A stretch of DNA of 64,000 bases from an uncultured Methanosarcinales archaeon (GCA_964589485.1 CAZPRK010000004.1:20611-84610); one strand, 5' to 3'; counted from the first letter of the stretch, positions 28,060 to 38,478 are shown. Made by a program: numbers and translations. Notes: generated by a model from the sequence alone, not told the origin.

Positions 28060-29361
28060 ATGAAGATATTATTAATAACTCCGCCATCATTTGCGCCTAC
28101 AGTAATGCCGTATTCTTTGGCTATGTTAAAAGCTACTTTAAGGAAAAATATTGCTGATGAAATAATCTGTTTAGACTTAAATGCAATTTTTCATTATAAT
28201 GAACTAAATAACTATTATAAAAAGGAATTTTCATTTGAATTATTAGATAAATTTATTGATAAATCTCGTAAATTAAGTTCAGAAATATCTAAAAATGTTC
28301 TTAATAAAAGAAATCCAAAAGGTTTTGATAAAATTATTAAACTAATTGAAAGTCATAAACCGGATATTATAGGGATGAGTTTAACTTATAATAGTCAAAT
28401 TTTTTATGCAAAATCTATAATAGATAATGTTAAATCTCCTCTTATTATAGGTGGACCTGCAGATTTTTCTAAAGTAATGGGTAACTCATTAGTATTACCT
28501 AGCGCAGAAGCAATGGTTACTTATTTAGTTAATAATGGCGCAACTAAAAAAGAAAGTAAATTTGAATTATCTTTTGATGATTTTGATAAGAAACATTATT
28601 TTACAAAAGATATAGTTTATCCTTTACGAACAAGTTATTCTTGTCCTTATCAAAGATGTACTTTTTGTACACATCACGGAAATGCTCCGTATAAATATAT
28701 TGAATTAGATCAAATTAAAAATATTATAATTAGTAATAATATGAAAAAAGTTTTTCTGATAGATGATGATTTCCCTGTTAATAGGTTACTTCAAGTTTCT
28801 GAAATTTTAGGTGAATTAAATATAGAATGGTGGTGTCAATTAAGACCATTAAAGAAGTTAATTGAAGTATTATCTACTTTAAAGAAAAATGGTTTGAAAA
28901 GTGTTGCATGGGGGTTAGAATCAGGATGTCAACGTGTTTTAGAAAAAATGGAGAAAGGAACTATTGTTGAAGATATTTCTACTGTTTTAAAAGAATCAAA
29001 TAAGTTAGGTATAAAAAATATGGTTTATGTTATGTTTGGATTGCCAACTGAAACAAAGGAAGAGTTTATGGAAACTATTGTTTTTTTAGAAAAAAATTCT
29101 GATTATATTGATATTATCTCCCCAAGTGTTTTCGGATTACAACAAGGAAGTAGAATTTACGATAACCCAAGTAACTTTGGAGTTAAAAATGTTACATTAA
29201 AGCAACGTACTTATTTAAGTGATAAAGTAAGTTTTGATATAATTTCTGGATTATCTGTAGATGAAGTTAATAAATTAAAGAAAAAAAATATTCATAGAAT
29301 ATATAAAATAAATAAGTTACCTAGAATAGTGGCTCATTGTAAAGAACAAGTGTTAAATTGA
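28060..29361 (+). CDS. B12-binding-domain radical SAM protein
   Basis: CPYQRCTFC, DDDF, GLESG, MFGLPTET; N-terminal PDIIGMS/IIGGP. Confidence 0.85.
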   Translation: MKILLITPPSFAPTVMPYSLAMLKATLRKNIADEIICLDLNAIFHYNELNNYYKKEFSFELLDKFIDKSRKLSSEISKNVLNKRNPKGFDKIIKLIESHKPDIIGMSLTYNSQIFYAKSIIDNVKSPLIIGGPADFSKVMGNSLVLPSAEAMVTYLVNNGATKKESKFELSFDDFDKKHYFTKDIVYPLRTSYSCPYQRCTFCTHHGNAPYKYIELDQIKNIIISNNMKKVFLIDDDFPVNRLLQVSEILGELNIEWWCQLRPLKKLIEVLSTLKKNGLKSVAWGLESGCQRVLEKMEKGTIVEDISTVLKESNKLGIKNMVYVMFGLPTETKEEFMETIVFLEKNSDYIDIISPSVFGLQQGSRIYDNPSNFGVKNVTLKQRTYLSDKVSFDIISGLSVDEVNKLKKKNIHRIYKINKLPRIVAHCKEQVLN

Positions 29362-29577
29362 ATCAATTTTATTCCCTAATTCAACATCTTTAGCTGTTAC
29401 TTTACCTTCAGAATGAGTTGTTAATTTAATTTTTACTTTATTATAATTTATTTCTATATCAGGATGATGATTCATTTCTTCAGCTAATGGAACTATTTTA
29501 TTTACGAATTCTATTGCTTTTACAAAGTTTTCAAATTCAAATGTTTTTTTTAAATGATTATCTATTTGTTCCCACAT
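29353..29577 (-). CDS. pterin-4a-carbinolamine dehydratase family protein
   Basis: AEEMNHHPDI...LTTH. Confidence 0.92.
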   Translation of the reverse strand: MWEQIDNHLKKTFEFENFVKAIEFVNKIVPLAEEMNHHPDIEINYNKVKIKLTTHSEGKVTAKDVELGNKIDSI

Positions 29578-29628
29578 GAATTGTGATAATCGCCAAAGCT
29601 TTTAAACTTTCTTACTTTTCTTAAGTTA

Positions 29629-29910
29629 ATGTTACACAAATTAATACAAGAATGGGACAAATCAACTAAAGAATGTATTGATAATTTGTCAAATCTTAAG
29701 CTTCAAGAGCAACATATTTCATTAAAACAATCTGGTTTTCAAAAAGTTGGAAGTTATTTTACCAATGAAGAATATAGTAAATTAATAAGTAAAATGGGGT
29801 CAGTAACTTTTAAACCAATTTCAGTATCTAATTTAAAAACTAAAAATAAAATAGATCTTTATGTTAGTGTGATTCCATCTCTTATATCGTATGGTTATGT
29901 GAATCCATAG
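29629..29910 (+). CDS. hypothetical protein
   Basis: 93-aa ORF after TTTTAAA box. Confidence 0.5.
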   Translation: MLHKLIQEWDKSTKECIDNLSNLKLQEQHISLKQSGFQKVGSYFTNEEYSKLISKMGSVTFKPISVSNLKTKNKIDLYVSVIPSLISYGYVNP

Positions 29911-29956
29911 TAATTCCACCCAAAACCATTTAAATCAACCTTTTTTTCTATATATT

Positions 29957-30613
29957 ATGCCAAAACCAATCAAATTTGAATCAGAGTTATTAGAAATAAG
30001 AGATTTAACTAAGGATGTTAAACATTTTGTATTTAGTAGTCCAAAAGATTTTACTTTCGAAGCAGGACAATTTGTTAATATAGCTATTGACAAAGTTAGA
30101 AGACCTTATAGTATTGCTTCGTCTCCAGAGTTAAATAAAATAGAGTTATGTGTGAAATTAATAGAAACTGGACAATTTACACCTGAGTTATTTAAGTTAA
30201 AAGAAGAAGATAAAATTCAAGTAATAGGACCAATGGGATTTTTTAAGATTAAAGACGATAAGAAAGATTTAGTGTTTATATCAACTGGAACTGGAGTTAC
30301 TCCATTTAGGTCAATGTTATTAAATAATAATTTTAAAAATAAAATTACATTAATTGCTGGATATAAACATAAAGAAGATGAACTTTATAAAGATGAATTT
30401 AAAAAATTAGAAAAAACAAATAAAAATTTTGAATATTTAGTTGCATATTCAAGAGAAGATGATAATAAACATGTTCAAGACATTTTAGTAAATTACATAA
30501 ATAAAAAAACAGATTATTATATTTGCGGATTAAAAGAAATGGTTTTCAGTGTAAGAGCTATGTTATCTGAAAATGTGTTAAAAGAAAATATATTTTTTGA
30601 GAGGTATGATTAA
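29957..30613 (+). CDS. ferredoxin-NADP reductase-like FAD/NAD(P) oxidoreductase
   Basis: AGQF, RPYSIAS, GPMG, GTGVTPF, YICG. Confidence 0.9.
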   Translation: MPKPIKFESELLEIRDLTKDVKHFVFSSPKDFTFEAGQFVNIAIDKVRRPYSIASSPELNKIELCVKLIETGQFTPELFKLKEEDKIQVIGPMGFFKIKDDKKDLVFISTGTGVTPFRSMLLNNNFKNKITLIAGYKHKEDELYKDEFKKLEKTNKNFEYLVAYSREDDNKHVQDILVNYINKKTDYYICGLKEMVFSVRAMLSENVLKENIFFERYD

Positions 30614-30614
30614 A

Positions 30615-31532
30615 ATGGAAAATGTTATAATTTTAGGAAGTGGAATTGCAGGGTTAACAGCAGCATTATACACATCAAGGGGAAATTTAAACCCAGTAGT
30701 AATTTCAGGAAAGGATGAAGGTGGACAATTAATGTTAACTACAGACGTAGAAAATTTCCCTGGTTTTCCTGAAGGAATATTAGGACCGGAGTTAGTTGAT
30801 AAAACTAGAAAACAAGCTGAAAAGTTTGGAACTACGTTTAAAGCTGGTCATGTAAAAGCAGTTAGAAAAGTTGAAAACCATATTGAAGTTGAAACAGATA
30901 ATGAAACTTTTCAAACTAAAACATTAATAATTGCAACTGGCGCAAGCGCAAGATGGCTTGGATTAGAATCAGAGAAACAATTTATGGGAAGGGGAGTTCA
31001 TACTTGTGCAACTTGCGATGGATTTTTTTATAAAAATAAAGAAATTTTTATTGTTGGTGGTGGAGATAGTGCTTGTGAAGAAGCTAGTTTTTTAACTAAA
31101 TTTGCTAGTAAAGTTACAATTGTACATCGAAGAGATGAATTAAGGGCAAGCAAAATTATGCAAGAAAGAGTTAAGAGTAATCCTAAAATTGATTTCATCT
31201 GGGATTCTGCAATTGAAGAATTTAAAGGAGATAAACATATAACTTCAGTGATGATAAAAAATATAAAAACAAATGATATTACTGAGCATAAAATAGATGG
31301 AGTTTTTCTAGCTATAGGTCATATTCCAAACACTTCATTCGCAAAAGATGTCGTTGAAATGGACGATCATGGGTTTATTATTACTGATAACAGAGTTAGA
31401 ACTAATGTTGAAGGTATTTTTGCAGCTGGAGATGTTCAAGATACAATATACAAACAAGCTATAACTGCCGCTGGAACTGGATGTCAAGCTGCATTAGAAG
31501 CGGAGAAGTATGTTGAAGCTAATAATCATTAA
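30615..31532 (+). CDS. trxB: thioredoxin-disulfide reductase
   Basis: GGQL..TTDVENFPGF, CATCDG, GGGDSA, HRRD, FAAGDV. Confidence 0.96.
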   Translation: MENVIILGSGIAGLTAALYTSRGNLNPVVISGKDEGGQLMLTTDVENFPGFPEGILGPELVDKTRKQAEKFGTTFKAGHVKAVRKVENHIEVETDNETFQTKTLIIATGASARWLGLESEKQFMGRGVHTCATCDGFFYKNKEIFIVGGGDSACEEASFLTKFASKVTIVHRRDELRASKIMQERVKSNPKIDFIWDSAIEEFKGDKHITSVMIKNIKTNDITEHKIDGVFLAIGHIPNTSFAKDVVEMDDHGFIITDNRVRTNVEGIFAAGDVQDTIYKQAITAAGTGCQAALEAEKYVEANNH

Positions 31533-32208
31533 TTCCTTTAATTATATCATCTGTACTAATATCTGGGAATAATTTATCTGTAAAATAAATATGAGCAGAA
31601 ATACTATCCCAAAGTAAAAATCCATGAGTTACTTTTCGTAACCCAGTTTTAATTATAATATTAGGTGGAAGAAAGTAAGATGAATATAAGTTTTCTTTTA
31701 TAGTTTCTTTATTGATATTTTCAGGATCTATTTTTTCTGATAATACTTTTTTAGCAATAATTTTAGCAGCGTCAACTAATTCTTCTTGACCATTGTAATT
31801 TATACATAAATTTAGAAAAAATTTATCATAATCTTTTGTTTCCGAAAGTAATCCTTTAATTGGATCGATAGCTCTACTTGGCAAATCATACCACTTCCCT
31901 AATACAGATACTTTAATTTGATTTGAATTTATTATATCACTTTTTTGTAGTTTTTGTAAAAAATCTATAAATTGATCTGTAATTTCCAATGTTTCTTTCA
32001 TTGGCATCATATAAATACTTAGAATTCTTATATTTCTTTCAATTTGAAATTTTATAATGTCACATAATATTTCGAAACTTTTATCATAAGATTTTTCCAA
32101 TGATAAATTATTTTCTTCAGAATACTGTTTAATACCATTCATAGTAATTGCAAGATGTAACGGTTTTTTTTCTTTACTCTGCAATAGTTGTTTAACTTTA
32201 TTAAACAT
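31519..32208 (-). CDS. cis-prenyltransferase (UppS)-like protein lacking catalytic residues
   Basis: PLHLAITMNG, LCINYNGQEE, GFLLWD; D-to-N change in IMDG and R motifs lost. Confidence 0.75.
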   Translation of the reverse strand: MFNKVKQLLQSKEKKPLHLAITMNGIKQYSEENNLSLEKSYDKSFEILCDIIKFQIERNIRILSIYMMPMKETLEITDQFIDFLQKLQKSDIINSNQIKVSVLGKWYDLPSRAIDPIKGLLSETKDYDKFFLNLCINYNGQEELVDAAKIIAKKVLSEKIDPENINKETIKENLYSSYFLPPNIIIKTGLRKVTHGFLLWDSISAHIYFTDKLFPDISTDDIIKGINDY

Positions 32209-32260
32209 AAGTCTATTAAAATGACAAAGTTTATAAATATTATTGCGAGTTATTCTCTAT

Positions 32261-33085
32261 ATGACAACATTAATGCATTTTTTCGCAATTTTAGTTTTAA
32301 TAATAGCTAGTATTCAAGACTTAAAAAAAAGAGAAGTTATGGATTGGTTAAATTATGGATTAATATTTTTTGCAATTTTATTTAGGTTATCAGCGTCTGT
32401 TATTGAATCAGATTATAGTATATTCACTAATGGTATTTTAGGTTTTTTAGTAACTTTTGCAGTAGGGTCACTATTTTATTATACTGGTCAATGGGGAGGT
32501 GGTGACGCAAAACTACTTTTCGGATTGGGTGCATTATTAGGTTATTCTTATTTTTTATTTGTATACATTGCTGCAATTTTTGTAATGGGATCATTGTATG
32601 GGTTAATATATTCAGTTTATTTAGCTATTAAATACAAAAGAAATTTTGTCAACGCGTTTGCACGAATATATAACGAGTATAAATCGAAACAAAATTTTTT
32701 AGTTGTTACAGTTATGGCTTTATTGGTTTTATCTATCCCTTTACAGTTTAAACATATATATTTATCATTTTCATTTTTATTAATTTTATTATTTTATTTG
32801 TACTTATACGCTAAAGCATTTGAAGAGGGTTGTATGATGGTTTATTATAATCCAAAAAAATTAACTGAAGGAGATTGGATTGCAAAAGAAGTAAAGTATA
32901 GGGGTAAAGTTATTGCTGGCCCTAAAGATTTAGGCGTAGAAAAACATCAAATTAAAAAGATAATGGCATTATATAGAAAAGGTATTATTAAAAGAGTTTT
33001 AGTGAAAGAAGGTATTCCATTTGTTCCAGGATTCTTGTTAGGTTATATTGCAAACTTATATTTATTTGCTGTTTATTTATTGTAA
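32261..33085 (+). CDS. prepilin/preflagellin peptidase (A24 family)
   Basis: SIQDLKKREV, GGGDAK, LTEGDWI, GIPFVP. Confidence 0.92.
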   Translation: MTTLMHFFAILVLIIASIQDLKKREVMDWLNYGLIFFAILFRLSASVIESDYSIFTNGILGFLVTFAVGSLFYYTGQWGGGDAKLLFGLGALLGYSYFLFVYIAAIFVMGSLYGLIYSVYLAIKYKRNFVNAFARIYNEYKSKQNFLVVTVMALLVLSIPLQFKHIYLSFSFLLILLFYLYLYAKAFEEGCMMVYYNPKKLTEGDWIAKEVKYRGKVIAGPKDLGVEKHQIKKIMALYRKGIIKRVLVKEGIPFVPGFLLGYIANLYLFAVYLL

Positions 33086-33118
33086 AGATTTATAAATCAT
33101 ATGTAATTCTATTCTTTC

Positions 33119-34477
33119 ATGGTTTTGGAAAAATTAGGAACTTCCCTAAAAGCAACTTTATCTAAAATTGCAAGCTCAGTTTTTGTAGATGAAAAGCTAG
33201 TTAATGAATTAGTTAAAGATATTCAGAGAGCATTATTACATAGTGATGTAAATGTTGAATTAGTTTTTGAACTTTCGAAAAGAATTAAAGTAAAAATATT
33301 AGAGGGCGAAGTTCCTCCAGGTTTAACTAAGAAAGAATATTTGATTAACATTGTTTATGACGAATTAACGGAATTCTTAGGAAAAGAATCTAAACCTTTA
33401 AAATTAGATAATAAACCTAGTAAGTTAATGTTAGTAGGGTTGTTTGGAAACGGTAAAACAACAACTGCTGGAAGAATTGCTAAATTTTATAAGAAAAGAG
33501 GAAAGAAAATTGCATTATTATCTACAGATACATGGAGACCTGCTGCATTTAAACAACTTCAACAATTAGGTGGACAAATCGATGTAAGTGTATTTGGAAA
33601 CCCTGAACTAAAAAACCCTGTTGAAATATATAAACAATTTGAACCTAAATTTAATGAATATGATTTAGTTATAGTAGATACTGCTGGAAGAGATGCGTTA
33701 AATGAAGAATTAACTAATGAATTAAATGAACTTAATTCATATATTAAACCTGATGAAACTCTATTGGTAATGGCGGCAGATGTTGGACAAGCTGCTCAGA
33801 ATCAAGCTAAATTTTTCAGTGAACATTCAACAGTTACTGGCGTTGTTATAACTAAATTAGATGGAACTGCAAAAGGTGGAGGAGCCTTAAGCGCATGTAC
33901 TGTAACTGGAAGTAAAGTTATTTTTATTGGAGTTGGAGAAAAAATAGATGATCTTGAATTATTTGAACCTAAGAGATTTGTGGGAAGACTTCTTGGAATG
34001 GGAGATATGGAAGGTCTTTTAGAAAAAGCTAAGGATGCAATTTCTGAGGAAGATGCAAAAGATATGGAAAAAAAGTTTATGAAAGGTAAGTTTAATTTAG
34101 TAGATCTATATCAACAAATGGCATCAATGAAAAAAATGGGTTCTTTAGGGAAATTAATGGAAATGGTTCCTGGATTTAGTCAATTACAATTGCCAAAAGA
34201 AATGTTAGATTCTCAGGAAGGAAAGATTGAAGTTTGGAAACATATAATGGATTCTTGTACAAAGGAAGAACTTGAAGATCCTGAAGTAATTTCATCAACT
34301 AGAGTAGATAGAATTTGTAAAGGGTCTGGAAGAAAACCAAGTGAAGTAAGAGAATTACTAAAGCAATATAAAGAATCTAAGAAACTAGTAAAAGTAATGA
34401 AAGGAATGGGTGCAGGGTCTCCTAACCAAATGAAAAAACTAATGAGTAAATTTAAAGGTAAAATGCCTGGAATGTAA
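33119..34477 (+). CDS. srp54: signal recognition particle protein SRP54
   Basis: GKTTT, DTAGR, TKLDGTAKGGGALS, Met-rich M domain. Confidence 0.97.
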   Translation: MVLEKLGTSLKATLSKIASSVFVDEKLVNELVKDIQRALLHSDVNVELVFELSKRIKVKILEGEVPPGLTKKEYLINIVYDELTEFLGKESKPLKLDNKPSKLMLVGLFGNGKTTTAGRIAKFYKKRGKKIALLSTDTWRPAAFKQLQQLGGQIDVSVFGNPELKNPVEIYKQFEPKFNEYDLVIVDTAGRDALNEELTNELNELNSYIKPDETLLVMAADVGQAAQNQAKFFSEHSTVTGVVITKLDGTAKGGGALSACTVTGSKVIFIGVGEKIDDLELFEPKRFVGRLLGMGDMEGLLEKAKDAISEEDAKDMEKKFMKGKFNLVDLYQQMASMKKMGSLGKLMEMVPGFSQLQLPKEMLDSQEGKIEVWKHIMDSCTKEELEDPEVISSTRVDRICKGSGRKPSEVRELLKQYKESKKLVKVMKGMGAGSPNQMKKLMSKFKGKMPGM

Positions 34478-34479
34478 CT

Positions 34480-34980
34480 ATGTATGAATGCAAAAATACT
34501 TTAGTCTGTGTTAAATCAGGAGATTGTTGTCAATTTAACCGAAAAGATTTTCTTACTGAAGAAGAAGACCTTAAATTAAAAGGTCAAATGTATTTAAAAA
34601 CAGGAATAATTTATTTATATCCTTTTTCAAGGTATACTATTTCTTTATCTCTTGAAGAAAAAAAAAGATTAGAAAAAGAAGCAAAAAAACAAGGTAAAAA
34701 AATTAAAATTTTACCTAAAAAAATATTTTATGACCTTGATAATGATAAAGTACACGTTATTGATTATTTTTTAGATAAAGACGGTCCATGTACTTTTTAT
34801 GAGGGAAAGTGTACAATATATGAAAAAAGACCTGCAGTTTGTAGACATTTTCCAAAGAAAGACTTTGAACATAAATTCGATCTTAAAAAATTAATAGGTC
34901 ATACTAATATTAGATTAATTAATTTAGAATATAAAGAAATTCAGAAAATAATTAAAGAAAAACTTACTTGTGATACTTAA
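34480..34980 (+). CDS. YkgJ-family cysteine-cluster protein
   Basis: CVKSGDCC...CTFY...CTIYEKRPAVCRHFP. Confidence 0.8.
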   Translation: MYECKNTLVCVKSGDCCQFNRKDFLTEEEDLKLKGQMYLKTGIIYLYPFSRYTISLSLEEKKRLEKEAKKQGKKIKILPKKIFYDLDNDKVHVIDYFLDKDGPCTFYEGKCTIYEKRPAVCRHFPKKDFEHKFDLKKLIGHTNIRLINLEYKEIQKIIKEKLTCDT

Positions 34981-35356
34981 TATTTTTATTAATCATAATT
35001 GCTCTATATATTTGTTCTATTAAGAATAATCTAAACATTCTATGGGGAAATGTCATTTTTGATAAACTTAATACTAAATTTGACTTTTTTTTAATTTCTT
35101 TATCTATTCCTGTTGCGCTTCCTATTAAGAACGTAATATCTTCCATAGTTTTATTTTTGATTAGTTTAGCAAATTCAACTGAATCTAATTGCTTTCCTTC
35201 TTCAGATAATGCAATAGTATACCCAGGTTGTTCTTTAAGTGTATTTGTTTCGTGAATTTCTATTTTAGAATATTTTCTAATTCTTTTAATATAATCTTGC
35301 ATTAATCCTTCTAAGTGTTTATCTTTTAATTTTCCTGAGGCTATTATTTTAATCAT
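34964..35356 (-). CDS. rlmH: 23S rRNA pseudouridine(1915)-N3-methyltransferase (SPOUT)
   Basis: GKQLDSVEFA, FLIGSATG, LSLSKMTFPH, EQIYRA, YHK. Confidence 0.92.
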   Translation of the reverse strand: MIKIIASGKLKDKHLEGLMQDYIKRIRKYSKIEIHETNTLKEQPGYTIALSEEGKQLDSVEFAKLIKNKTMEDITFLIGSATGIDKEIKKKSNLVLSLSKMTFPHRMFRLFLIEQIYRAIMINKNIKYHK

Positions 35357-35924
35357 GTTTTATTAGTGCTTCTTTAAATGAATCATATCTCCAGTCACTT
35401 AATTCTTTACCATTAATAAAAACGGTTGGTGTTCCTTGTACATTTCGTTTTAAACCTTCTCTTATATCTTGTTTAATAATATTTTTTTTTGAATTAGAAA
35501 TAAGGCATGCTTCAAATTTGTTAATATCTAAATTTACTTGTTTAGCGTATTCTCTTAAATCATTTATTAATAAATTTTCATTGTTTTTATGAGCTAAATC
35601 AACATATTCCCAGAATTTATCTTGATCATTTGCACATTCTGCAGCTTCTGCTGCTTTAAACGCATTTTTATGAAGTTGTGTTAATGGAAAATGAAAATAT
35701 TTAATTGAAACATCAAATTCGGCTTCAATTTGTTTTAATACTGGGTGAAATATATTACATACAGGACATTCAATGTCTTCAAATACTTCAATTTTTATAT
35801 TTGAATTTTCATTTCCCAGAATTTGTTTTGGTGTTAAAAGTTCATCATAACTAGAGTTTTCGTTTAAAACTTTAAATACTCCGAAGAATAATATAATAAA
35901 AATAATCCAATATATCCATTTCAT
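35349..35924 (-). CDS. DsbA-family thioredoxin-fold protein
   Basis: N-terminal TM, ECPVC, HFPL, AAEAAECA, GTPTVFING. Confidence 0.92.
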   Translation of the reverse strand: MKWIYWIIFIILFFGVFKVLNENSSYDELLTPKQILGNENSNIKIEVFEDIECPVCNIFHPVLKQIEAEFDVSIKYFHFPLTQLHKNAFKAAEAAECANDQDKFWEYVDLAHKNNENLLINDLREYAKQVNLDINKFEACLISNSKKNIIKQDIREGLKRNVQGTPTVFINGKELSDWRYDSFKEALIKHD

Positions 35925-36055
35925 TAATTATGATAACTTATCAATTTATTTATACTTTGTGTTTTTAAATATAAATCCCGTAACATCAAAAAGCTTAAAT
36001 AGTATTTGTTATTGTCAAATGCTAACTAAGAATTGTTTTTTAGGAGGGGTAATGA

Positions 36056-36931
36056 ATGATTAGAAAACTATTAACTGTGATTTTTGTGCTAAGCTTCTTG
36101 GTAGGCTGTAATTTATCTGATTATAAATATTCTGAGGGTTCTAATCAAATATGTGATGATGAAACTAAAATTTGTTATCCTGTAAATAATACTGTAGTTG
36201 AAACTCCTGAAAATAATGATGAGGATTTTAATAAGGAGTTTGAAAAATTAAAGAAAATAGTAGAAGATATGAATAAAGAGGAAGTTCCTGAAACTTTAGA
36301 AGAACCTCAGCCTAAAGAAGAAATTACTGAAACTAAAGAAGAGGTTGTTGAAGTAAAAGAAGAAGTGGTAAATGAAACACCTGCTCCGGTATTAATTGAT
36401 TTTGAAAGAGAAAGGACAGTAGTAGACAAATATGTTAGAGCTTATGCAGGAGAACTAGTTAAATTAAATGTAAAAAGTAATGATCCAGATGGCGATATTT
36501 TAACATATACTTTTTCAGAACCTTTAGATAAAAATGGAGAATGGCAAACTACAAAAGATGATATTGGTAAGTATAATGTATATGTTACAGTAACTGATGG
36601 AAAGTATAGACAAACTAAGCGTATACAATTAGATGTTACTAAATTTAATAGGCCACCTGTTTTAGAACTTATAGAAGATGTTGAAGTATATGAAGGAGAA
36701 ACTGTATATGTTAGAGCAAAGGCAAGTGATGCTGATAATGACCCTATAACATATAAATATTCAGGTTGGGCTAACACTTATACTAAGAAAACAGGATATG
36801 ATGATTCAGGTGAATATAAAATAACAGTTACTGTAAGGGATGATGATGGGGAAGAAGATTCTCAAGTTGTTAACATTATAGTAAGGGATAGAAATAGGCC
36901 TCCTGTAATCGAAGAAATAACTCTTGGATAG
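36056..36931 (+). CDS. lipoprotein with acidic linker and two Ig-like (PKD/cadherin-like) repeats
   Basis: FLVGC lipobox; DPDGDILTY/DADNDPITY, G.Y.V.VTV.D and NRPP repeats. Confidence 0.8.
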   Translation: MIRKLLTVIFVLSFLVGCNLSDYKYSEGSNQICDDETKICYPVNNTVVETPENNDEDFNKEFEKLKKIVEDMNKEEVPETLEEPQPKEEITETKEEVVEVKEEVVNETPAPVLIDFERERTVVDKYVRAYAGELVKLNVKSNDPDGDILTYTFSEPLDKNGEWQTTKDDIGKYNVYVTVTDGKYRQTKRIQLDVTKFNRPPVLELIEDVEVYEGETVYVRAKASDADNDPITYKYSGWANTYTKKTGYDDSGEYKITVTVRDDDGEEDSQVVNIIVRDRNRPPVIEEITLG

Positions 36932-36965
36932 TTTTTTATATTAGTTTTGTTATTCTTTTTTTAAT

Positions 36966-37568
36966 ATGGTTAATTTGCATTATGTATGTTTTAGTGGTTA
37001 TAGGGGAAAGGTTGCAGAAGAAGTTGCAAAGAGAGAATTGGAAGGAACTGAACATTCTGTAAAGTCTAGTGGGGTTATATTTAATAATAGAGTTTCTTTA
37101 ATTAAATCGCATTTTGTACATATTTTATCATATTTTCAACAAGCACTAGATGATAATTTATTTGATCGTTCATATACACTGTTAGCAACTCAAGTAATAA
37201 ATGATGCAAATTTTTTGAATAGAGGTGAAACAAAACACATTTTTTTTGATATGGTTAACATAACTTTAGATGTGCTTTTAAAGGATAGAAAGAAAAAAAC
37301 CATTGAAGTTTTGCGAAATAAAGGATATGGGGTTAAAGATTTTTTTTCAGAGCCATTTACTCCTTTAAAAAATGATGTAGTTATTGCTATGGATCAAAAA
37401 GTTGAAAATTTTATCTCGCCTATTTATCAAGGGAATATTATTTTACTAGAAGGTTATTCACGAAATGGAATAAGTATGCCACTCGGTGGATCTAAAGAAC
37501 AACATATACAATCATTTGATGAAATTAAAGAAGCTGTTAAAAGTTCTTTAGATCAAATAATTGATTAG
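36966..37568 (+). CDS. degenerate low-molecular-weight PTP/ArsC-like protein with insertion
   Basis: YVCFSGYRGKVAE, VKSSG, DVVIAMD, ISMPLGGS. Confidence 0.6.
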   Translation: MVNLHYVCFSGYRGKVAEEVAKRELEGTEHSVKSSGVIFNNRVSLIKSHFVHILSYFQQALDDNLFDRSYTLLATQVINDANFLNRGETKHIFFDMVNITLDVLLKDRKKKTIEVLRNKGYGVKDFFSEPFTPLKNDVVIAMDQKVENFISPIYQGNIILLEGYSRNGISMPLGGSKEQHIQSFDEIKEAVKSSLDQIID

Positions 37569-37598
37569 TTTTTTATATATTCCTTCAATAGCTAAGTT

Positions 37599-38288
37599 AT
37601 GGATTTGTCAAAGTTGCCTCAATTGTTAGTTTCTAACCCAAGTGAAGCTTTGGAATTACTTAATAAGTATTATAGTACTTTGGGTTTAAAAGAACTACAT
37701 TCTATGGATGACATTGTTTCAGAACATGCAACTCGTAAATTGGGTCTAATTTTTGGTTTTGAAAGAAGAGATTCTGAAGTTTGGCAGAGAATATTAATAA
37801 AATCAAAAACCTTATCTTATGATCTTTCTGTTAATGGTAACCTTAGTCAAATTGTTAATTTAAGAAATTCATCAGTTTATCTTAAAGGGGAACATCCGTT
37901 TGTAGAAGGAAACTTAACAATATTGTTAAAATCTGAAGAATTTAAGGGATACTTAAACAGTTCAGGAATAGTTTCTTTAGATCATATTGATGATGGTAAT
38001 AAAAGAAGAATTAGGACAATCATGGGAAAAAAAGAATTAAAGTTAAAACAGATAAGAGATAAATTGTATGATGAGGGAGTTTTTTCTATGTTTCTTCCAA
38101 GTTATAATATGAGTTCTATTGATGCTATATCAGAAAGATTGTTGCAAACATTTAAGACAGTCTATCTTGATAAATCAAGAGAAGATGTTTATGAACCTAA
38201 TAGGTGTACAATAATAGAAAATGAAATTTTTAGAGATGCATCAAAAGAGAATCAAACTAGATTTTATAAAAAGTTTCCTTTATTATAG
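37599..38288 (+). CDS. hypothetical protein
   Basis: 229-aa ORF with own TATA box. Confidence 0.65.
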   Translation: MDLSKLPQLLVSNPSEALELLNKYYSTLGLKELHSMDDIVSEHATRKLGLIFGFERRDSEVWQRILIKSKTLSYDLSVNGNLSQIVNLRNSSVYLKGEHPFVEGNLTILLKSEEFKGYLNSSGIVSLDHIDDGNKRRIRTIMGKKELKLKQIRDKLYDEGVFSMFLPSYNMSSIDAISERLLQTFKTVYLDKSREDVYEPNRCTIIENEIFRDASKENQTRFYKKFPLL

Positions 38289-38431
38289 TCTTCAGTTTCT
38301 TCAAACATTTCTTTTATATCAGTTTTTTCTTGAAATTTACTTTTCATTAATTCTAATATTTTTTGGTCTAAATCTAATATTATTTCAATTAATTCCTCTT
38401 TTGATTTATTTTGTAAATTTTCCTTTTTCAT
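38264..38431 (-). CDS. unannotated small helical protein (55 aa)
   Basis: MKKENLQNKSKEELIEIILDLDQKILELMKSKFQEKTDIKEMFEETEDYNKGNFL; divergent TATA at about 38450-38460. Confidence 0.6.
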   Translation of the reverse strand: MKKENLQNKSKEELIEIILDLDQKILELMKSKFQEKTDIKEMFEETEDYNKGNFL

Positions 38432-38478
38432 TTGAATTAATGAGTTATTTTTATATATAAATGTTATCTATCAGGAAA

